Assembly: GCA_039028735.1 (NCBI GenBank) | Contig: JBCCHQ010000015.1 | Location: 574-64,573, forward strand | From: Planctomycetota bacterium | GTDB taxonomy: Bacteria > Planctomycetota > UBA8108 > UBA1146 > JAJFFE01 | Length of the DNA: 64,000 nt | Reading direction: 5' to 3' | Part shown: positions 63,305 to 64,000 of the stretch, piece by piece | Layout of the letters: every line of letters begins with the position of its first letter | How positions within the stretch are numbered: the stretch's first letter is position 1 | Made by a program: the position numbers and the translations under genes | The notes under the pieces: generated by a model | The model's input: the letters and a program-made list of their open reading frames with translations, nothing else | Databases searched by the model: none | Told to the model about the DNA's origin: nothing

Positions 63305-64000
63305 ATGACTCGCACCGCTACGGCCCTGTTGCTGGGCCTTTCTCTACTCGTCTGCGTAGTGCTGTTCGATCACTTTCGCCGCGCAGAACAGACCGCAACG
63401 CCTGACTGGCGTGAATGGACCCAGCAAAACAGCACGCCCACGGACCGCACTCGAGCACGCCGAGAAACACTATCGCGATCGCCGCAGCAAGGGGAACCGG
63501 TCCGCGTGCTGTCGCTGCGCGGGCAAGTGCGCAATGCCAGTGATAACACAATCGTAGCAGGGGCTCGCATCGCGCTGCACCCCGGACCGACGCTGGCCTC
63601 GTTCGACACGACGGCCACGGCGATCACCGGCTCGGACGGAACCTTCACGCTACGAGTCCCGCAAGAGGTGTCGATGCACACTGGCGGGTACTTCGCGTCC
63701 GTCACTGCCACCGGCTACTCTCCATGGATGACAACCACGGCAGCGGTGCCGCTCTCCGGCGATTACGAGCTCCCCACGGTCGCGCTCACGGCAGGCCGGA
63801 CCGTATCTGGTGTCGTCGTCGATCCCGCAGGCAATCCGGTCAGCGACGGTTTCGTCATTGTCGAACACCACAGGCTGCCGCAGCACAAGGACGCACCGAT
63901 CCTCGACCTCACGACGACCAAGCCCAGCCTGGTGACCGTCGCTGCCAACGGTTCCTTTCTCACTTGGAGCCCAGCGACACACGTGCGGCTAGCGGCAGTC
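63305..64000 (+). CDS. Second carboxypeptidase-regulatory-like repeat protein, N-terminal part (continues past the window end)
   Basis: Absent from the track because it is open-ended. The ATG at 63305 gives MTRTATALLLGLSLLVCVVLF..., then VRNASDNTIVAGARIAL...TGSDGTFTLRVP...ATGYSPW...GRTVSGVVVDPAGNPVSDG. The frame is open to base 64000. Confidence 0.5.
   Translation, partial: MTRTATALLLGLSLLVCVVLFDHFRRAEQTATPDWREWTQQNSTPTDRTRARRETLSRSPQQGEPVRVLSLRGQVRNASDNTIVAGARIALHPGPTLASFDTTATAITGSDGTFTLRVPQEVSMHTGGYFASVTATGYSPWMTTTAAVPLSGDYELPTVALTAGRTVSGVVVDPAGNPVSDGFVIVEHHRLPQHKDAPILDLTTTKPSLVTVAANGSFLTWSPATHVRLAAV

Noticed and set aside
1-64000. Genome-wide reassignment of TGA to a sense codon (code 4/25-like)
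   Set aside because: TGA terminates genes at biologically sensible ends, for example the OprB porin ending in the canonical terminal Phe, plus six ATGA/GTGA start-stop couplings. The GC-rich composition is also unlike known TGA-reassigned lineages. Only site-specific recoding remains plausible.

Overview
GC-rich bacterial chromosomal segment (roughly 60% or more by eye, not computed), densely coding with about 50 CDS. I found no rRNA, tRNA, CRISPR array, transposase or integrase by reading. Start codons include GTG and TTG, and several are my own re-calls. Gene content (BlaI/BlaR1 pair, several FG-GAP/UnbV CRTAC1-like proteins, dockerin-like modules, OprB porin, separate coaC/coaB) fits a Planctomycetota-like or similar environmental lineage, but taxonomy cannot be settled from this window.

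Main blocks:
- 1-10.2 kb: M28 peptidase (partial), SixA-like phosphatase, cohesin/dockerin-like protein, OprB porin, and a USP-DUF389 / membrane protein / ABC transporter operon.
- 10.2-14.9 kb: minus-strand array BlaI, sensor-less BlaR1-like M56 protease, PDZ lipoprotein, alpha/beta hydrolase, M14 peptidase.
- 15-22 kb: Ser/Thr kinase-NTPase-TPR protein, uppS, and a 959-aa orphan secreted protein.
- 22-38 kb: island of four FG-GAP/UnbV paralogs, an M43 metzincin, dockerin-like proteins and a polytopic membrane protein.
- 38-47.5 kb: housekeeping genes (Rrf2, slyX, ftsK, coaC, coaB, rpoZ, gmk, yicC, secG, tpiA, btpA, cdd).
- 47.5-54.5 kb: NHEJ locus (LigD-like, Ku, stand-alone ligase, BRCT-MerR-TPR protein, Nudix).
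- 54.5-64 kb: flippase, a GcvT-like gene with two CrtI-like FAD oxidoreductases, a porin, and CarboxypepD_reg-like proteins.

Most interesting observations:
1. Two gene pairs are each interrupted by a single in-frame TGA that is followed by the same GTCTAC context. One sits inside a conserved FG-GAP/UnbV/thioredoxin architecture and has a SECIS-like hairpin.
2. TAG is the dominant stop codon in this window, which is unusual.
3. The LigD-like protein has a middle ligase domain with every catalytic motif mutated. It sits next to an intact stand-alone ligase, Ku and a BRCT-MerR-TPR protein.
4. A conserved 92-aa dockerin-like, Cys-tailed C-terminal module is shared by three secreted proteins, one of which also has a cohesin-like N-terminal domain.

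Everything here comes from reading the sequence and ORF translations. No searches were run.
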